This document shows positions 59,622-64,000 of a stretch of DNA of 64,000 bases, piece after piece. The stretch lies in the sequence record NC_054902.1, one strand, 5' to 3'. The notes below the pieces were generated by a model. The model saw nothing but the letters and a program-made list of their open reading frames with translations, had not been told where the DNA came from and ran no database searches. Numbering within the stretch: the stretch's first letter is position 1; every line of letters starts with the position of its first letter. The position numbers were made by a program, and so were the translations under genes. The DNA is from Enterobacteria phage Aplg8.

Positions 59622-60275
59622 TTAATACTTACAAGATTTCACAGTTTCAATAAAAACTTTTTTAGCTTCCTGTGAATCGATATTTAAAATTTTTCTATAA
59701 GCTTTTAACTTTATAGAATAATTGTTCCAAACTAAATTATCAGTTTGTTCATCATGTTTATCAATTATATTTAAAAACGAATCAAGCAAGATAAACGTCT
59801 CAAACGAAATTATATTCGATTGAAGTAGTTTAAAAATATAACTTGATTGAACTTTTGGATTATACTCAAAGATTTCTTTAAAAGCAGAAACTTCAACTTT
59901 TTTACTAAAATAATAAATGTTGCGAATATCTTCTTCAAACTTAAATTTAATTTGCTTTAAACGTCCGATATATTCACGATAAAACACAAGTGCATCAGCG
60001 TCAGAGATGTCACCAATCCAAGCATCTTGGTTAGCAACCAAATTGCTTATAAAGATTAAAGCAAGTTCCTTTAATTTATATTTTTCTGATAACTTCTGGA
60101 AAAAATACTTATCCCTTCGCTTTTGATAAGCGGCATCAGACACCCGCATGCACCAATTATACTTAATAACATCATACTTTCCATTCATATGTTGTTTTAT
60201 CATTAAGTATAATTTATAAACTGATTTACCATCAATGTATCTTTCACCACCAGCAGGCATGCGGAGTTTAATCAT
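59622..60275 (-). CDS. 59: helicase loader gp59
   Basis: 217-aa ORF; synteny between genes 32 and 33. Confidence 0.9.
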   Translation of the reverse strand: MIKLRMPAGGERYIDGKSVYKLYLMIKQHMNGKYDVIKYNWCMRVSDAAYQKRRDKYFFQKLSEKYKLKELALIFISNLVANQDAWIGDISDADALVFYREYIGRLKQIKFKFEEDIRNIYYFSKKVEVSAFKEIFEYNPKVQSSYIFKLLQSNIISFETFILLDSFLNIIDKHDEQTDNLVWNNYSIKLKAYRKILNIDSQEAKKVFIETVKSCKY

Positions 60276-60610
60276 AGTAGAAAATCTAATGTATTAGTTT
60301 TTTCACAACGAACAACAGAAGGACGTAAAAGATTTTCGTCAATAGCTTCTGACTGAATTTTTTCAATTATACCCGAAGGAATAAATTTAGCAAATTGAGT
60401 TTCAGGAATAGAGTTTTCTTCTAAGAATGCTGTCGTAGCTTCAAGATAACTCATTCCAAACTCTTCTACCATTTTTTCAATAATAAATCCATTTTCTTGA
60501 CGATCAAGAAGCTTTGCTATTTCATCCTTTTCTTTCTTGATTGAAAGTTCTTTTTCTGAAAGACCGGTCTCATCGACCGGACGAATATCATTTAGAGAAA
60601 ACTGTGTCAT
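60272..60610 (-). CDS. 33: late transcription co-activator gp33
   Basis: 112 aa from MTQFSLNDIRPV...; the ORF track extends 3 codons upstream. Confidence 0.85.
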   Translation of the reverse strand: MTQFSLNDIRPVDETGLSEKELSIKKEKDEIAKLLDRQENGFIIEKMVEEFGMSYLEATTAFLEENSIPETQFAKFIPSGIIEKIQSEAIDENLLRPSVVRCEKTNTLDFLL

Positions 60611-60857
60611 AAAGTTCAACTACCTCTTCAGTTTCAGCTTCAAACACATCACGGTTATCTTTATGATACAAAGCTAATAGACGATTAAACATCTTACCAT
60701 CAACGCCAAGTTCATCTTTGGCACGAATTCGAATATCTTTAATCAGTTCATTATAACCGGAAATTTTCAGTTTATGATCAGATGCTTCTTTAATAAATTT
60801 AGCCAAGTCTTCGCCATGGATAGCTTCATCAAATTCAACCATTTCTTTTTTAGCCAT
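60588..60857 (-). CDS. dsbA: DsbA, dsDNA-binding late transcription enhancer
   Basis: 89-aa ORF; synteny. Confidence 0.8.
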   Translation of the reverse strand: MAKKEMVEFDEAIHGEDLAKFIKEASDHKLKISGYNELIKDIRIRAKDELGVDGKMFNRLLALYHKDNRDVFEAETEEVVELYDTVFSK

Positions 60858-60865
60858 TATTCACC

Positions 60866-61783
60866 TCAAAATTCATTAATGCTATTAGTTAATTTAGAAA
60901 GACCCGCTTTTACAAAATATGAATAAATTTTGCCACGCGGTGGTAATTTATATGAATTATAGTAATTCACAATGTTTGAAGCAATATTATCAGGAATATA
61001 ATCAAAATCAATTAGAACTAAATTTTCTTTATAACGATTATATTCAGATTCTGTGAGAAGCACCTTAGCTTGCTCACGGTCATTAGCAATAGCTTCAACG
61101 ATTGAAGTTTTCATCGAAGGAGTTCGTTCACCTTCAACTTTGGTAAACCAAAAGTCAGATCGTACTTTAACTGAAGCAACGTTATCCTTTTTATCGCCTT
61201 TAAGGATTTTAGTCATACAGTCAATTTCAGCAGAACCGCTTTTAATTTTAACCCATTTCTTATGCATCGGCGACCATTGCTTAACATTTGGATATTTGTG
61301 AAGTTGAGTAAAGTCACCATCCGACGAAATGATTAAAATCTTATGTCCTTCTAAAGAGAACTTTTTAACAAGAACAGCAATGTGGTCATCTGCTTCATAC
61401 TTATCAATATCCATAACAATGTATGGCATATAAGCTTTCAATTCATCTATAACTTTGTGGCTGGATTCAAAATAACCTTCCCAGTCCCAAGTCGATTCTT
61501 CTCGTGCTTTTCCACGGTTTTTCTTATAATAATACGCGAAATCACGACGCCAGTATCCAGATTTCGCGTTATCAATACACAGTACAATTTTAGTGTATCC
61601 AAGCGTTTTTGCTTTTTTGACATTAAACTTAATTGAGTTCAATATCAAATGACGAACCATTGATAAATTAATTTTTTCTTTATCTGGAAAGTTTACCAAA
61701 GCAGTTGAAAGCGCAATTTGACTAAAGTCAATTAAGCAGATTCCTTCTTTGTAATCTTCATCCAGCATCATTTCTAAATCCAT
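60866..61783 (-). CDS. rnh: RNase H (5'-3' exonuclease / FEN family)
   Basis: 305 aa from MDLEMMLDEDYKEGICLIDF...; FEN-type acidic residues; synteny upstream of gene 34. Confidence 0.92.
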   Translation of the reverse strand: MDLEMMLDEDYKEGICLIDFSQIALSTALVNFPDKEKINLSMVRHLILNSIKFNVKKAKTLGYTKIVLCIDNAKSGYWRRDFAYYYKKNRGKAREESTWDWEGYFESSHKVIDELKAYMPYIVMDIDKYEADDHIAVLVKKFSLEGHKILIISSDGDFTQLHKYPNVKQWSPMHKKWVKIKSGSAEIDCMTKILKGDKKDNVASVKVRSDFWFTKVEGERTPSMKTSIVEAIANDREQAKVLLTESEYNRYKENLVLIDFDYIPDNIASNIVNYYNSYKLPPRGKIYSYFVKAGLSKLTNSINEF

Positions 61784-61845
61784 ATGAACCTCGTTCAATT
61801 AGTGAGATTTCTATTATATACCATCCGAATCTTAAAGTAAACAAG

Positions 61846-61853
61846 TATAAATA
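61846..61853 (+). promoter_or_regulatory. T4-type late promoter TATAAATA upstream of gene 34
   Basis: exact octamer 35 nt upstream of the gene 34 ATG; GGAG Shine-Dalgarno at 61874. Confidence 0.7.
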
Positions 61854-61887
61854 CTTATTATTGAAAACACAATAGGAGCCCGGGAGA

Positions 61888-64000
61888 ATGGCCGAGATTA
61901 AAAGAAAGTTCAGAGCAGAAGACGGTCTGGACGCAGGTGGCGATAAAATAATCAACGTAGCTTTAGCTGATCGTGCCGTAGGAACTGACGGTGTTAACGT
62001 TGATTACCTAATTCAAGAAAACACAGTTCAACAATACGATCCAACTCGTGGATATTTAAAAGATTTTGTAATCATTTATGATAACCGCTTTTGGGCTGCT
62101 ATAAATGATATTCCAAAACCGGCAGGAGCTTTTAATAGCGGACGCTGGAGAGCATTACGTACCGATGCTAACTGGATTACAGTCTCATCTGGTTCATATC
62201 AATTAAAATCTGGTGAAGCTATTTCGGTTAACACTGCAGCTGGTAATGATATTACATTTACTTTACCATCTTCTCCAATTGACGGTGATACTATCGTTCT
62301 CCAAGATATTGGAGGAAAACCTGGAGTTAACCAAGTTTTAATTGTAGCTCCAGTGCAAAGTATTGTAAACTTCAGAGGTCAACAAGTACGTTCAGTACTA
62401 ATGACTCATCCAAAATCGCAGATAGTTTTAATTTTTAGTAATCGTCTGTGGCAAATGTATGTTGCCGATTATAGTAGAGAAGCTGTCGTTGTAACACCAG
62501 CAAGTCTCTATCAGGCGCAATCTAATGATTTTATCGTACGTAGATTTACTTCTGCTGCACCAATTAATGTTAAACTTCCAAGATTTGCTAATCATGGCGA
62601 TATTATTAATTTCGTTGATTTAGATAAACTGAATCCACTTTATCATACAATTGTTACTACATACGATGAAACGACTTCAGTACAAGAAGTTGGAACTCAT
62701 TCCATTGAAGGCCGTACATCAATTGACGGTTTCTTGATGTTTGATGATAATGAGAAATTATGGAGATTGTTTGACGGGGACAGTAAAGCACGTTTACGTA
62801 TCATAACGACTAATTCAAATATTCGTCCAAACGAAGAAGTTATGGTATTTGGTGCAAATAACGGAACAACTCAAACGATTGAGCTTCAGCTTCCAACTAA
62901 TATTTCTGTTGGTGATACTGTTAAAATTTCCATGAATTACATGAGAAAAGGACAAACAGTTAAAATCAAAGCTGCCGGTGAAGATAAAATTGCTTCTTCA
63001 GTTCAATTGCTGCAATTCCCAAAACGTTCAGAATATCCGCCTGAAGCTGAATGGGTGACTGTTCAAGAATTAGTTTTTAACGGTGAAACTAATTATGTTC
63101 CAGTTTTACAGCTTGCTTATATCGAAGATTCCGATGGAAAATATTGGGTTGTACAGCAAAACGTTCCAACTGTAGAAAGAGTAGACTCTTTAAATAATTC
63201 TACTAGAGCAAGATTAGGCGTAATTGCTTTAGCTACACAAGCTCAAGCTAATGTCGATTTAGAAAATTCTCCACAAAAAGAATTAGCAATTACTCCAGAA
63301 ACGTTAGCTAATCGTACTGCTACTGAAACTCGCAGAGGTATTGCAAGAATAGCAACTACTGCTCAAGTGAATCAGAACACCACATTCTCTTTTGCTGATG
63401 ATATTATCATCACTCCTAAAAAGCTGAATGAAAGAACTGCTACAGAAACTCGCAGAGGTGTCGCAGAAATTGCTACACAACAGGAAACTAATACAGGTAC
63501 TGATGATACTACAATCATCACTCCTAAAAAGCTTCAAGCTCGTCAAGGTTCTGAATCATTATCTGGTATTGTAACTTTTGTATCTACTGCAGGAGCTACT
63601 CCAGCTTCTAGTCGTGAATTAAATGGTACGAATGTTTATAATAAAAACACTAATAATTTAGTTGTTTCACCTAAAGCTTTGGATCAGTATAAAGCTACTC
63701 CAACACAGCAAGGTGCAGTAATTTTAGCAGTTGAAAGTGAAGTAATTGCTGGACAAAGCCAAGAAGGATGGGCAAATGCGGTTGTAACGCCAGAAACGTT
63801 ACATAAAAAGACATCAACTGATGCAAGAATTGGTTTAATTGAAATTGCTACGCAAAGTGAAGTTAATACAGGAACTGATTATACTCGTGCAGTCACTCCT
63901 AAAACTTTAAATGACCGTAGAGCAACTGAAAGTTTAAGTGGTATAGCTGAAATTGCTACACAAGTTGAATTCGACGTAGGCGTCGACGATACTCGTATCT
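61888..64000 (+). CDS. 34: long tail fibre proximal subunit gp34 (5' partial, continues beyond window)
   Basis: open frame from the ATG at 61888 (MAEIKRKFRAEDGLDAGGDKIINVALADRAV...) to the window end, about 704 codons; repeated TETRRGIA.IAT..E.N.GTDDT..ITPK.L motifs; absent from the ORF track because it has no in-window stop. Confidence 0.9.
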   Translation, partial: MAEIKRKFRAEDGLDAGGDKIINVALADRAVGTDGVNVDYLIQENTVQQYDPTRGYLKDFVIIYDNRFWAAINDIPKPAGAFNSGRWRALRTDANWITVSSGSYQLKSGEAISVNTAAGNDITFTLPSSPIDGDTIVLQDIGGKPGVNQVLIVAPVQSIVNFRGQQVRSVLMTHPKSQIVLIFSNRLWQMYVADYSREAVVVTPASLYQAQSNDFIVRRFTSAAPINVKLPRFANHGDIINFVDLDKLNPLYHTIVTTYDETTSVQEVGTHSIEGRTSIDGFLMFDDNEKLWRLFDGDSKARLRIITTNSNIRPNEEVMVFGANNGTTQTIELQLPTNISVGDTVKISMNYMRKGQTVKIKAAGEDKIASSVQLLQFPKRSEYPPEAEWVTVQELVFNGETNYVPVLQLAYIEDSDGKYWVVQQNVPTVERVDSLNNSTRARLGVIALATQAQANVDLENSPQKELAITPETLANRTATETRRGIARIATTAQVNQNTTFSFADDIIITPKKLNERTATETRRGVAEIATQQETNTGTDDTTIITPKKLQARQGSESLSGIVTFVSTAGATPASSRELNGTNVYNKNTNNLVVSPKALDQYKATPTQQGAVILAVESEVIAGQSQEGWANAVVTPETLHKKTSTDARIGLIEIATQSEVNTGTDYTRAVTPKTLNDRRATESLSGIAEIATQVEFDVGVDDTRI

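Noticed and set aside
63304-63546. 80-aa minus-strand Ser/Cys-rich ORF
   Set aside because: Antisense to the repeat region of gene 34

Overview
This window is a contiguous segment of a T4-like (Tequatrovirus-type) myovirus genome, colinear with phage T4 from gene 11 to the 5' part of gene 34. Gene identities are assigned from the supplied translations by protein length, motifs and T4 synteny, with no database search; statements about what T4 itself carries are from memory. The + strand half (12..18636) is the late structural block: baseplate gp11, short tail fibre gp12, fibritin, neck gp13/14, gp15, terminase gp16/17, sheath gp18, tube gp19, portal gp20, core gp67/68, protease gp21, scaffold gp22, capsid gp23/24. 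It is followed by rnlB, hoc, inh, segE, uvsW, uvsY, the baseplate hub/tape-measure block (25, 26, 51, 27, 28, 29, 48, 54), and then a long minus-strand early/middle region: two tandem Alt-type ADP-ribosyltransferases, DNA ligase, a NADAR-domain protein, rIII, gp31, dCMP deaminase, polynucleotide kinase, spanins, alc, rnlA, denA, nrdB, nrdA, td, frd, gp32, gp59, gp33, dsbA and rnh, interspersed with many small ORFs of unknown function. No tRNA, rRNA, CRISPR array or transposon was seen. The points most worth follow-up are: (1) a free-standing zinc-ribbon/HNH endonuclease gene between sheath and tube genes, where I do not recall a gene in T4; (2) tandem Alt paralogs sharing capsid-targeting N-termini and R-S-E catalytic motifs but with divergent middles; (3) a 54-bp promoter-leader cassette duplicated 15 kb apart; (4) early promoters whose -10 elements sit inside inverted repeats; (5) a 121-aa ORF between frd and td; (6) td and nrdB read as uninterrupted ORFs, so no group I introns. 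I did not find a clearly new multi-gene system; the unexplained content is concentrated in the small-ORF clusters.
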